DNA of 64,000 nucleotides from a virus (Duplodnaviria > Caudoviricetes). Both the position numbers and the translations under genes were made by a program. Within the stretch, counting starts at the first letter, position 1, and the number at the start of each line of letters is the position of its first letter. The DNA lies in the IMG/VR virus record IMGVR_UViG_3300017912_003441, positions 32,001 to 96,000 of that record, one strand, 5' to 3'. A model generated the notes under the pieces. It was not told the DNA's origin. It saw only the letters and a program-made list of their open reading frames with translations, and did not search any database. Positions 31,887 through 40,529 of this stretch are shown here, piece by piece.

Positions 31887-32168
31887 TTAGATTTGTTTCT
31901 CGAGCTTAGCGATCAATTGCTTGACGCTAACTGTAGGGTTGGTTAGATTATAGGTGAGAATATTATAAAGCTGATTGCACTCACCTTTAGTTAGTTTAAT
32001 TTCACTAGGAAGTTTTTCCCATTCTTCGAACTTAAGTTCAACTGGTTCAGCAATACCATGCACATAAACTTTTTTCTTTGCGAGAGGTCCTCTTGGATCT
32101 CTGCGGCGGTCGAGAGTATTATCGTATTCTAATTTCATATTAGTCTGCAATTCCGTAATGTTGCTCAA
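31887..32168 (-). CDS. hypothetical protein
   Basis: ORF track. Confidence 0.5.
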   Translation of the reverse strand: MSNITELQTNMKLEYDNTLDRRRDPRGPLAKKKVYVHGIAEPVELKFEEWEKLPSEIKLTKGECNQLYNILTYNLTNPTVSVKQLIAKLEKQI

Positions 32169-32559
32169 CAGTAACTGTATTCTTTATATTGGTTTTCTTA
32201 AATCCAATATCACCTTCATTAAGAACCGCATGACCAGTAAACCATCTCAATTTACCATATGAAGATTGACGAGGGAACTTTTTATCAAGAGCTTTTCTAA
32301 TCCTGTCTTTGTCGATCTTTCCTTTAACAGGAACAGAATACACTGTCACATCTCCATAAGCAAAATTCTTATGCTCAATGAATTTACGATCTCCCCATTT
32401 GAGGAGCCCTTTCTTTTCTACTGGATCTTTCATAAAAGCTTCTTCTGAACTTACTGAAGCAAATCTGGAGCTTGTGCTCTCAGCCGCGAGGTTTTTGTAG
32501 TCATTCGCTATCATCTCTAACAACGCCATTATTATAGCGTATTCGTAGCTAAACGTCAA
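32140..32559 (-). CDS. hypothetical early protein (true start probably MIANDYK)
   Basis: A promoter lies within the annotated 5' end. Confidence 0.55.
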   Translation of the reverse strand: MTFSYEYAIIMALLEMIANDYKNLAAESTSSRFASVSSEEAFMKDPVEKKGLLKWGDRKFIEHKNFAYGDVTVYSVPVKGKIDKDRIRKALDKKFPRQSSYGKLRWFTGHAVLNEGDIGFKKTNIKNTVTVEQHYGIAD

Positions 32560-32796
32560 CTACTTACTCCGGATAAATTTATCTTTACCGAGTAAAGATA
32601 GGATTACTTTACCGGTAAAGAGTTGAGGTATTCTAGTTCTTGCTCTTCAGTTATTGGAGAAGTGTAATAATCTAAAGAAATTTCAGTAGGTTGCTCGTGA
32701 AGTATAAAAGCAATAGGAGATAATAAAAAGAAAGCATACAGTTTCTCGTTACGAGACCGTATGCTTTCTCTTAAATTAAACTTTTTATCCAAAAAA

Positions 32797-33171
32797 TTAC
32801 TCAGCGCCTTCAGCTGGAGCTTCTGCTGGTTCGACGTAATCAGTCAAATCTGAGACAGCTGCTTTATCACTTGGCCAATGATCAGCTAAATCAGTCCAGG
32901 AAAGAGCTGCAACAGCAGTCTTAGCTGCGTTTAACGCGGTTGTAACTTTCGCGACCTGTGTAGCTGCTGTTGTACGAGCAACATCAAGACCATCAATCTT
33001 ACATGTCTCATCTAAAAATCTAAATAAGTCGCGCGCGGCTTGTTCAGTCTCTTCTAGCTTCCATTTTGCCTGTTCAATAGCGCGAAATGGAGTGTTATCA
33101 TTTCCCGGGCCCATGAAGTTATCATCGCCAGCGGCTGATAAGTAATTTCTAAGTTCTGTTTTGTGTGACAT
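32797..33171 (-). CDS. hypothetical late protein
   Basis: TAAATA motif; Ala-rich helical sequence. Confidence 0.6.
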   Translation of the reverse strand: MSHKTELRNYLSAAGDDNFMGPGNDNTPFRAIEQAKWKLEETEQAARDLFRFLDETCKIDGLDVARTTAATQVAKVTTALNAAKTAVAALSWTDLADHWPSDKAAVSDLTDYVEPAEAPAEGAE

Positions 33172-33408
33172 ACTAAAATTATTTATGGTTTATTGTATCG
33201 ATTTGGAGTCTTTTTTTCTATTCTTTTGATACTTTTCACCTCATAGCCAGCCTTCTTCTTAGTAGCTTTCTTTTTCTTTTCTTTCTTAGGAGCAGTCAAC
33301 TCTGCTTCTTTCAACTTTAGAGCCCGAGCTGCGCGACGAACCGTCTTCTCTGAAGCTTGTCCGTAACTTTGCAAGGTATCAAAGAACTCCTGAGCGCTCT
33401 TTACGTCT

Positions 33409-33798
33409 TTGGCCGATCGAATGTTATCTATCATTCCCATACCAAAGATTATAAATATTTCCAGAGCGATGGCAAGCACAAAACCAATAATATTCAGAGA
33501 AGGAATTGTCTGTCCGCCTTCTGAGCCTCTAGCCATTCGATCAGTTTGTTTGTACATATCTACTTTTGTAAAGAAAGACACGGAGTTCCTTTTAGAAACG
33601 CACAAACACAATAAGGACATCTATTACAAATGGATAAAGCAATTGTATTTAACTGACTTTATAACTGATCTAGTCGAAGTCGAGGAAGAAGTATATGGAC
33701 TAAGAATCGGGGATGAGGTAATGAAGAGACCCTGCCTTATATTCGACAGGGTCTCATGGGATAATCTTCAACAGATTATATACTTGTTATCTACTTAG
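33409..33798 (+). CDS. hypothetical protein (likely start MASTKP at 33469)
   Basis: TATAAATA at 33450-33457. Confidence 0.5.
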   Translation: MADRMLSIIPIPKIINISRAMASTKPIIFREGIVCPPSEPLAIRSVCLYISTFVKKDTEFLLETHKHNKDIYYKWIKQLYLTDFITDLVEVEEEVYGLRIGDEVMKRPCLIFDRVSWDNLQQIIYLLST

Positions 33799-34024
33799 AT
33801 GATATCTTCTTTAACTCTTTATGTACCTCAAAGATAATGAGCATTAGCTCAGCATAGATACGTATAATAAGAGGACCACCTACTGCAGTACCAATACCAG
33901 TTAAAAGATCAGATGTAGCTGCAGTAAACACACCTGCGATAATTGCCAACACCATTCCAATGTAAGAAATAATCTTAAGTAAGCCTGGTGTAATCATGTA
34001 TTCATATTTTAAGAATGCTTTCAT
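33791..34024 (-). CDS. DUF4282-like membrane protein
   Basis: FLKYEYMITP..LKII...RIYAELMLIIF. Confidence 0.7.
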   Translation of the reverse strand: MKAFLKYEYMITPGLLKIISYIGMVLAIIAGVFTAATSDLLTGIGTAVGGPLIIRIYAELMLIIFEVHKELKKISSK

Positions 34025-34100
34025 ATCATTATTTATTATTTTAAGGAAAAAAGAGTCAGTCTCGATCGAGACTGACTCTCCAATCCCCATTTAAAGGAGC

Positions 34101-34466
34101 TTACTTCTTCTTACCTCCAGCCTTCTTCTTAGCTGGAGCCTTCTTCTTAGCTCCGACCGCCTTGATACCTTCTGTAGAAACAGATACCTTTTGGGTACCA
34201 GGTACTCCTACAGTCAGTTTAGGGGTTTTAGCTCCTACTTTGATGAACGGAAGTGAAACACTAGCACTACCAGAATCTGCTGATGCAGATACTTTCGTAC
34301 CAGCTGCGCTTCCCAATGTTACACTTGGAACAGACACTTGAAGTGTTTGCCCGAATAGAGTAACACTAGATGTTTCTCCGAACTTCGCACCGAACCAGCC
34401 CGCTTGGACTGGACTACTCATTAAGCCGATTAAGGCTACTGTCAATATGATTTTCTTCATACTCAT
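34101..34466 (-). CDS. secreted beta-rich protein with Lys-rich tail
   Basis: Signal peptide ending VQA; terminator hairpin at about 34047-34080. Confidence 0.6.
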   Translation of the reverse strand: MSMKKIILTVALIGLMSSPVQAGWFGAKFGETSSVTLFGQTLQVSVPSVTLGSAAGTKVSASADSGSASVSLPFIKVGAKTPKLTVGVPGTQKVSVSTEGIKAVGAKKKAPAKKKAGGKKK

Positions 34467-34485
34467 AATATTTATTATAATTTAT

Positions 34486-34755
34486 TTAATTTCCTACAGT
34501 TTCCTCTTCTTCGACCCTAATGGGCCATACGCCATCAAAATGCATCTTACCTAATTCTTTATATTTTTTTATACTTCCCTTACGCTCTTCTTTTAAGAAT
34601 GTTACTTCGCCTTCAACACCTTCAAATACTTCGAAGTCTTTGATAGGACATTTAGCTTTCTTACCTTCATCAGTTACAATCCTCGCATGAGTTGTGCCTT
34701 TAGGTCGCTTGAGTAGTTTTAAGTCTTGATAACTCATATCATTATTATATATCAA
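34486..34755 (-). CDS. hypothetical protein
   Basis: ORF track. Confidence 0.5.
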   Translation of the reverse strand: MIYNNDMSYQDLKLLKRPKGTTHARIVTDEGKKAKCPIKDFEVFEGVEGEVTFLKEERKGSIKKYKELGKMHFDGVWPIRVEEEETVGN

Positions 34756-35513
34756 ATCTCGATTGTTGCAACACCTTTTTTCTGGACTACTCGCGCAGCA
34801 AGATCATTAGCATAATGTAGAGCTTTATCTATATCTTGTTCATGAACATAAGAAGTCACTAATCCGCACATGAAGGTATCACCAGCTCCAGATAAGTCGA
34901 AAACGTCTACAGGGTTGACAGGATATGTCTTACCATTATACATACAACCTTTACCCCCTAGCGTTACAATAACTTTATTTTTTACTTCAGATGATACATT
35001 ATCTTTTGTAGCGTTCCATTCAGGTTCGTTTATCTTAATAAAAGCACATGACTTAAAATTATGATCTAGAGTCTTCTTAGTATCAACAAACACTAATGGG
35101 TGAGCCTCGCAGATCTTTCTAATATCTTGTTGATGTAAGAACCCTTTACCATAATCTGATACAATAATAGCATCCCATTTTTCACCAGCATTATATAATA
35201 ATTCGTCTAAATTATCAGATTGTATCCGACTAACAGGTTTTTCAGTATCTACTCTAATGATAGTATGATTTGTCTTCTCATCAATGTATTTTCTCTTACA
35301 AATAAATTCCTCGTTAAACTTTGTATCAACATAACAGTCCCACTCTTTTAACTGTCGGGCTACGTTACCAGCCATACCATCTGTCTGGACAGTCTTAACT
35401 GGTTTGAATACAGGTGCAGGAACATCCGGACAAAGACGCGTCACATTACCGTAAACGTACTGATCAGCGCACTTATCACCAATGACCAAAATTCTTGGCT
35501 TATCAAATTTCAT
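34752..35513 (-). CDS. PfkB-family kinase, HldE/RfaE domain I-like (heptose-7-phosphate kinase)
   Basis: ILVIGD...D.Y.YG...RL.PD.PAPV, GMAGNV, SDYGKG, DLSGAGDTF. Confidence 0.88.
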   Translation of the reverse strand: MKFDKPRILVIGDKCADQYVYGNVTRLCPDVPAPVFKPVKTVQTDGMAGNVARQLKEWDCYVDTKFNEEFICKRKYIDEKTNHTIIRVDTEKPVSRIQSDNLDELLYNAGEKWDAIIVSDYGKGFLHQQDIRKICEAHPLVFVDTKKTLDHNFKSCAFIKINEPEWNATKDNVSSEVKNKVIVTLGGKGCMYNGKTYPVNPVDVFDLSGAGDTFMCGLVTSYVHEQDIDKALHYANDLAARVVQKKGVATIEI

Positions 35514-35547
35514 ACTTCTATTGTAGCGTTTCCATAAATAATTACAA

Positions 35548-35889
35548 GTGACTAATTTGAAGAAATTAGAAAAGTTGACTAGACAGCTGGAGCTGCATGA
35601 AAACGACTTTATTAATTATGTTATTGAAGCGGATTATTCCATCGTGCTGGTATCCGAAGCAGGCAGAATTAAGTGGTGCAATGAATTCTTTCAACAGTCA
35701 TTTAAAGTGGACAATACTGAAATCCACAACAAGGGTCTAAAAAGTATTATTGGTGTAGATATTTCTAAATGGTCTAGAAAGACATTCACAATAGATATCA
35801 ATGGTGCCACTCACACAGTAAAGATAAGAGATCTAAATAGAAATGGCAAATTAATACATAAAAAAGTAACCCTTGTACCGCATGAGTAA
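35548..35889 (+). CDS. stand-alone PAS-like domain protein
   Basis: IVLVSEAGRIKWCNEFF resembles the PAS N-terminal motif; CATAAATA upstream. Confidence 0.55.
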   Translation: MTNLKKLEKLTRQLELHENDFINYVIEADYSIVLVSEAGRIKWCNEFFQQSFKVDNTEIHNKGLKSIIGVDISKWSRKTFTIDINGATHTVKIRDLNRNGKLIHKKVTLVPHE

Positions 35890-36112
35890 TGATCCAAATA
35901 AATTAGAAAATGGTTCTTGGGCTGAGTGGAGACGATTAGTACTCAGCGAACTAAGCCGTTTAAACTCAGATATAGAAGAGCTTCAAAAGAACCAAAAGAA
36001 AATAGAAGTGCAATTAGCCACTCTAAGTACTAAAATAATTATGTATGGTGCTATTGGGGCTTCTGCAATCGGTTTCGCAACTTCATTAATATCATCTTAC
36101 CTTAGTAAGTGA
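35882..36112 (+). CDS. coiled-coil + C-terminal TM protein (XhlA/holin-like architecture)
   Basis: Heptad repeat followed by a hydrophobic helix. Confidence 0.5.
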   Translation: MSNDPNKLENGSWAEWRRLVLSELSRLNSDIEELQKNQKKIEVQLATLSTKIIMYGAIGASAIGFATSLISSYLSK

Positions 36113-36402
36113 ACAATAAAGGGTATACGCTTTTAGAACTTCTACTTTGTATTACTATTATTCTAATACTTGTAGGTAATTTAGCAGGTAATTTTTACGC
36201 TGCTAAAGAAGTCGCTAAGGAAGTCCGTTGTAAGACTTATAGAAAGCAAATGGAACTATTCTATTCTATGCCAGAGTTCGATTATACTCAGGACTATGGA
36301 GAGTATTCTGATTATACATCAGTTATAGACGAAATGGTGCTAATGTATAATGAATGTTATAGATGTCACCCAAGTGTAAGTAACAATAACTGGAATCCCT
36401 AA
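36109..36402 (+). CDS. prepilin-type N-methylation-motif protein with CxxCH
   Basis: KG|YTLLE + TM helix; AKEVAKEVRC; CYRCH. Confidence 0.75.
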   Translation: MNNKGYTLLELLLCITIILILVGNLAGNFYAAKEVAKEVRCKTYRKQMELFYSMPEFDYTQDYGEYSDYTSVIDEMVLMYNECYRCHPSVSNNNWNP

Positions 36403-36410
36403 ATAATTAT

Positions 36411-37991
36411 ATGGATGAGAGTTTGCACCAATTAGCTGCGACAGGGAACTTAAGATGTATAAAAAAGGCGTTAGAAACTCCTAAATTATTTTATTCTACT
36501 GATGAAAATAACGGATGGACTCCACTTCACTACGCGTCTAATAAAAGTAAAGTAAAAATAGTAAGCGTTATTCTTGAAGCTGGAGTAGATCCGAACACTC
36601 CAAGTAAACCTGTAAGCGTTAGACAGAGTAGTTGGAACTTAGCGTTGATGGAGGACAAAGAATGCCCAATAGTTACTGCTATGGATGTAGCTGATGGGCC
36701 TAATCGTCATAAAATTGTAGGTTCATTGAGAGACGCAGGAGGTATGTTTTATAATAAAGAACTTACTTTACATCAATGCGTACAGTTAGAAGATATAGAT
36801 GAAATAGAAGGTCTACTAGAAGATGATAGTTTAAAAATTAATGCAAGAGACCATAGAGGTTGGATGGCTTTACATTACGCTGTAGATATTAACAATATTA
36901 ATATAGTTAAGCTTTTATTAGACGCTAAAGCCAACATAAACGGATCAACTTATAATCCTAATGATCAATTCCATTATAATGCTTGGGAAATAGCTAATGC
37001 TAATAATAGTAATGTAATGCTAGACTACTTAGTTAATAGAGGAGCATGTAAACACCCTAGTAGGGATAATCCTAAATACAAACCAAGAGTCAATAATCAA
37101 GTTATTGACAATAAAGCTGCCGATGAAGCTTTAGGTCGCATAAGAAAAGAACGCAGAGAACAAGATGAAGATAGAAAAGCATTACAAGAACCTGATACAT
37201 TATTAGGCAAACTGTTTGAATCAAAAGAGAAAAAAGAGAAAAGAGAAGCAGTAAAAAGTAGAATAGCTGCTGAACAAGCTAAAGCAAGAAGAGAAGCAGC
37301 AGAGAAAATACAAAAAGAAGAAGAAAATAAAAAGAAGCAAAGAGTTATAAAATGGAAGTGGGGACAAGATCCATTCAAGTTAAAAGGAGAAGGAATCCAA
37401 TACGATTCTCCGTGTCGAGCTCATACCTACTTCATGGATATAGTAGGTTATTCTAAAAAGACTACAGCTGAACAAAAGAAAGTAACTAATGAGTTAATTG
37501 ATTATGTTAAAAGCACACAAGGTTATCAACAAGCGGATCGACAAGGCAAACTAATTATATTACCTACTGGGGATGGTATGGCGTTAGTATTTTTTAATAG
37601 CGTTAATGCTGCATTTAAGTGTATGGTTGATGTAGGTCGTATGACTTATAAACATTCTAGTATCGGCTTAAGGAATGGATTGTATTCTGGCCCAGTAGTA
37701 CCTGTAAAAGATATAAATGATAATCCTAACGTTAGCGGTACAGGTATTAACATGGCTCAACGTTGCATGGATGCAGGAGATAATGATCACTTATTAATAT
37801 CAAACGATGTACATCAGTATGTATGTGAAATGGATATACCTGGTTTACAGTTTGATGATTGGGGCCCTGTTATAGTTAAACACGGGACTACTGTTCATAT
37901 GTGGACAGCATATGGTAATAATTTTGGTAGGAGAGAATTTCCTCATTGGAGAGGAACAAAAAAAGCAGAATTTAAAACAGAAGAAGAATGA
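36411..37991 (+). CDS. ankyrin-repeat / coiled-coil / class III nucleotide cyclase fusion
   Basis: GWTPLHYA and GWMALHYA ankyrins; FMDIVGYS, TGDG, LRNGLYSGPV, INMAQR. Confidence 0.88.
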   Translation: MDESLHQLAATGNLRCIKKALETPKLFYSTDENNGWTPLHYASNKSKVKIVSVILEAGVDPNTPSKPVSVRQSSWNLALMEDKECPIVTAMDVADGPNRHKIVGSLRDAGGMFYNKELTLHQCVQLEDIDEIEGLLEDDSLKINARDHRGWMALHYAVDINNINIVKLLLDAKANINGSTYNPNDQFHYNAWEIANANNSNVMLDYLVNRGACKHPSRDNPKYKPRVNNQVIDNKAADEALGRIRKERREQDEDRKALQEPDTLLGKLFESKEKKEKREAVKSRIAAEQAKARREAAEKIQKEEENKKKQRVIKWKWGQDPFKLKGEGIQYDSPCRAHTYFMDIVGYSKKTTAEQKKVTNELIDYVKSTQGYQQADRQGKLIILPTGDGMALVFFNSVNAAFKCMVDVGRMTYKHSSIGLRNGLYSGPVVPVKDINDNPNVSGTGINMAQRCMDAGDNDHLLISNDVHQYVCEMDIPGLQFDDWGPVIVKHGTTVHMWTAYGNNFGRREFPHWRGTKKAEFKTEEE

Positions 37992-38134
37992 AACAACAAA
38001 CCAAAGAATTAATATTAGTAGGTATAGGTATCCTATTTATACTCGCTGTGTGTCTGAGTTCATGTGACAACACTGCAAATATAGCTGTACAAAAGCAAGA
38101 CTTTCCTACACGGATAGGGTCAGGTATAAGATAA
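37988..38134 (+). CDS. 48-aa putative lipoprotein, not in ORF track
   Basis: MKQQTKELILVGIGILFILAVCLSSC lipobox; overlaps both neighbours. Confidence 0.55.
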   Translation: MKQQTKELILVGIGILFILAVCLSSCDNTANIAVQKQDFPTRIGSGIR

Positions 38135-38385
38135 TGGATATTGATAGAGAAATAAAATTTTTAGAAAGAGGTACATTTTGGACTCCTGTTGTAGGTCTTA
38201 TTATATGCTTCTTTCTTCTTTTTCTTTCTACTGGTTGTAGTGGTACTTGGGTATGGCAGGAAGATTACCCTAAACATAGAACAATGTCATTTAAATGCCC
38301 GAGATGGAATTATGATCAAGCATATGATAGACTACATCACGCATGGTCAACTAGACAACACGAACCAATAAAAATAAAAAAATGA
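38134..38385 (+). CDS. putative lipoprotein
   Basis: Hydrophobic segment followed by LSTGC. Confidence 0.5.
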   Translation: MDIDREIKFLERGTFWTPVVGLIICFFLLFLSTGCSGTWVWQEDYPKHRTMSFKCPRWNYDQAYDRLHHAWSTRQHEPIKIKK

Positions 38386-38735
38386 AGTTCCATGCTTACA
38401 TAAAAGAAATAAGATTAAAATACTTCAAAGACTTAACTAAGTTTAGTAAGATACTTGGAGTAGAAAAGACAATGTGGCGTAAAGTTGAAAGAGGTATCAA
38501 CCCACCTCCCAAACGCTCATTACTTAAACGATTTGCTAGCTTGACTCATATGCTAAGTTACGAAGAAGCTCAATTGCATGAGCTAGCAAGAAGATGGGAA
38601 CCTTCGCCTGATACTAACACTAACAATCATATATTATTATCTGATGCTTCTAAGGCAGAATGGAGACAGGCTTTATTAGAAGAAAATACTCCAGACTACG
38701 AGCATAAATTTTGGGGAAAAAAAAGCCCCCGTTAG
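38382..38735 (+). CDS. XRE-like HTH protein
   Basis: IKEIR...FSKILGVEKTMWRKVERGINPPP. Confidence 0.7.
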   Translation: MKFHAYIKEIRLKYFKDLTKFSKILGVEKTMWRKVERGINPPPKRSLLKRFASLTHMLSYEEAQLHELARRWEPSPDTNTNNHILLSDASKAEWRQALLEENTPDYEHKFWGKKSPR

Positions 38736-38745
38736 GAGGCTTTTG
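38717..38745. terminator. bidirectional terminator
   Basis: AAAAGCC...GGCTTTT between convergent genes. Confidence 0.65.
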
Positions 38746-38768
38746 TGCGTTGACTCTTTTAAAAGAGT

Positions 38769-39215
38769 TTAGGTACCGACACCAACGTTCCCATCTGCAG
38801 AACTACCTACACCGACATTACCATCAGTGCCTGTACTTCCAATACCTACGTTAGCTTCAGGCGCAGAACCGCCTACGTTACCAGATGATGTACCAACTCC
38901 GATGTTTCCATCTGTAGCTGTACTTCCAATTCCTACATTTCCTTCACTCATAGAAGTATTTATAGGCTGAGACTGAATTAAATTAACTAATGTCGCAGCT
39001 GGTATTGTTACAGTAGGTGCAGAACTCCCGATCCCAATATTCCCATCTGCGTTTGTACCAATACCAATATTACCAAGCGCTGGCGCCGGTTCTTCTAACA
39101 ACCATTCATCTTCTTCTTCTAATGCGTCTACACGCGCGTCTAAATCAGCAATTGCACTTTGTAAGTCAGCAATAACTGTCCTAATTGATCTTCTTCGTCT
39201 ACGGGGAATACTCAT
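38769..39215 (-). CDS. basic N-terminus / coiled-coil / GNVGIG-repeat protein
   Basis: RRRRR, heptads, about 8 [GA]N[VI]G[IV]G repeats; TATAAATA upstream. Confidence 0.65.
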   Translation of the reverse strand: MSIPRRRRRSIRTVIADLQSAIADLDARVDALEEEDEWLLEEPAPALGNIGIGTNADGNIGIGSSAPTVTIPAATLVNLIQSQPINTSMSEGNVGIGSTATDGNIGVGTSSGNVGGSAPEANVGIGSTGTDGNVGVGSSADGNVGVGT

Positions 39216-39230
39216 ATCGAAAGTATTTAT

Positions 39231-39255
39231 AAAAAAAGGTGGCCGAAGCCACCTT
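39231..39255 (-). terminator. UUCG-tetraloop terminator, copy 1
   Basis: AAGGTGGC-TTCG-GCCACCTTTTTTT. Confidence 0.85.
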
Positions 39256-39279
39256 AAAGATTCTCTCTAGAAAATAACT

Positions 39280-39885
39280 CTATGCGCTCACTGTAGATGT
39301 TGTAGAGGTACCATGAGGTACAATAGAAGCATTGAGAATGTCTAATACTTTCATCAAACCTTCAGGTGGTCCGTCGTCTCTAGCTTCAACATGTACATCG
39401 TATTTCGCTGAATTATCAGTCTTACGAGTACTTTCTGATTTACTTTGACTTGATACTGATGCCTTCATCTCGACACTTACTGGTGAATACCATGCACTGT
39501 ATGAAACATCTGTACTTACATTAGCGTTGGTTGACGAGCTATCAGTTTGCACTGAGCTTGACTTTACTTCCATTGTAAAATCTACAGTCGCCTTTTTAAC
39601 AGAAAGATTAGGAACATTAAGAATAGATAATAACGGTACTGATAATTTATCATCTACTAATTGGGTCGAACCGTCACTGTTTGTAACTGGAGCTTTAAAA
39701 CCAAAATCAACAGAACGAGCCGAGACTGCTCCTCCACTTGAACTCGGCTCTGATAAACCTACATCGTTAATAAACTGTTGAGTGTGTGTTGATAGTTTGC
39801 CTTGCGCTTTCGCTGCAGCTAACAAGGGTTGTCCTATCAAATCGGACATTGGAAGTCCTTTAAATTGATCTGCGATACCTGCCAT
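39280..39885 (-). CDS. DUF2589 family protein
   Basis: FKGLPMSDLIGQPLLAAAKAQ, VPLLSILNVPNL, VDFTMEVK, PPEGL.KVLDIL. Confidence 0.85.
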   Translation of the reverse strand: MAGIADQFKGLPMSDLIGQPLLAAAKAQGKLSTHTQQFINDVGLSEPSSSGGAVSARSVDFGFKAPVTNSDGSTQLVDDKLSVPLLSILNVPNLSVKKATVDFTMEVKSSSVQTDSSSTNANVSTDVSYSAWYSPVSVEMKASVSSQSKSESTRKTDNSAKYDVHVEARDDGPPEGLMKVLDILNASIVPHGTSTTSTVSA

Positions 39886-39935
39886 AACAAAATTATTTAT
39901 CTACGATTTTATTTTAATCTATGTATCCGGAACAA

Positions 39936-40433
39936 CTAAGATGGTAGTTGTTTAATCATCTCTTGTCGTATGCGAGCTATACCTTCAGGTGGTTCTGTAG
40001 AGTCAAGTTTCATTCGGACTTTAGCCATTCGCTTCCCATTAACAGAAGTAACTGCAGCACTAATATCATCATTGTCAATATCTTCTAAGTGACCTAGCTC
40101 AACTTCAAAATCAATCTCTAACTCTTTAATATTGAGATGATTACCATGAGTTAATGTAATAAGAGGTACATCTACTTCTACAGGATCTCCATCGTGAGTC
40201 GGTAGACTTAACCTAAACAAATTAGGATGACCATCTTTATCAAAGAATCTTTCTAGAAAATGCTCAACAACCTGCTCGTCTACTTTACGCTGCGCCATAA
40301 TAGTCGAGCGATAGATAGAACGTACTAACTGATTAAAAGTCTTTGCAGCTTTAGATTTAGTTTGCTTAGGTTTTGTTCCTCCAAAACCAACACTGCTTTC
40401 GTCATCATCTTTACCGTATGAATATTTTGGCAC
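39936..40433 (-). CDS. DUF2589 family protein (second type)
   Basis: VPLITL..L.IKELEIDFEV...EPPEGIARI. Confidence 0.75.
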   Translation of the reverse strand: MPKYSYGKDDDESSVGFGGTKPKQTKSKAAKTFNQLVRSIYRSTIMAQRKVDEQVVEHFLERFFDKDGHPNLFRLSLPTHDGDPVEVDVPLITLTHGNHLNIKELEIDFEVELGHLEDIDNDDISAAVTSVNGKRMAKVRMKLDSTEPPEGIARIRQEMIKQLPS

Positions 40434-40468
40434 AACATTATTTTAACATAATCCGAATAGTATGCAAC

Positions 40469-40506
40469 TATAAAAAAAGGCGGCCGAAGCCACCTTTTGC
40501 ACACTA
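40469..40506 (-). repeat. terminator-containing direct repeat, copy 2
   Basis: TATAAAAAAAGGCGGCCGAAGCCACCTTTTGCACACTA (+ strand). Confidence 0.85.
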
Positions 40507-40529
40507 ATCATATTTTTTGTTTTCTGAGC

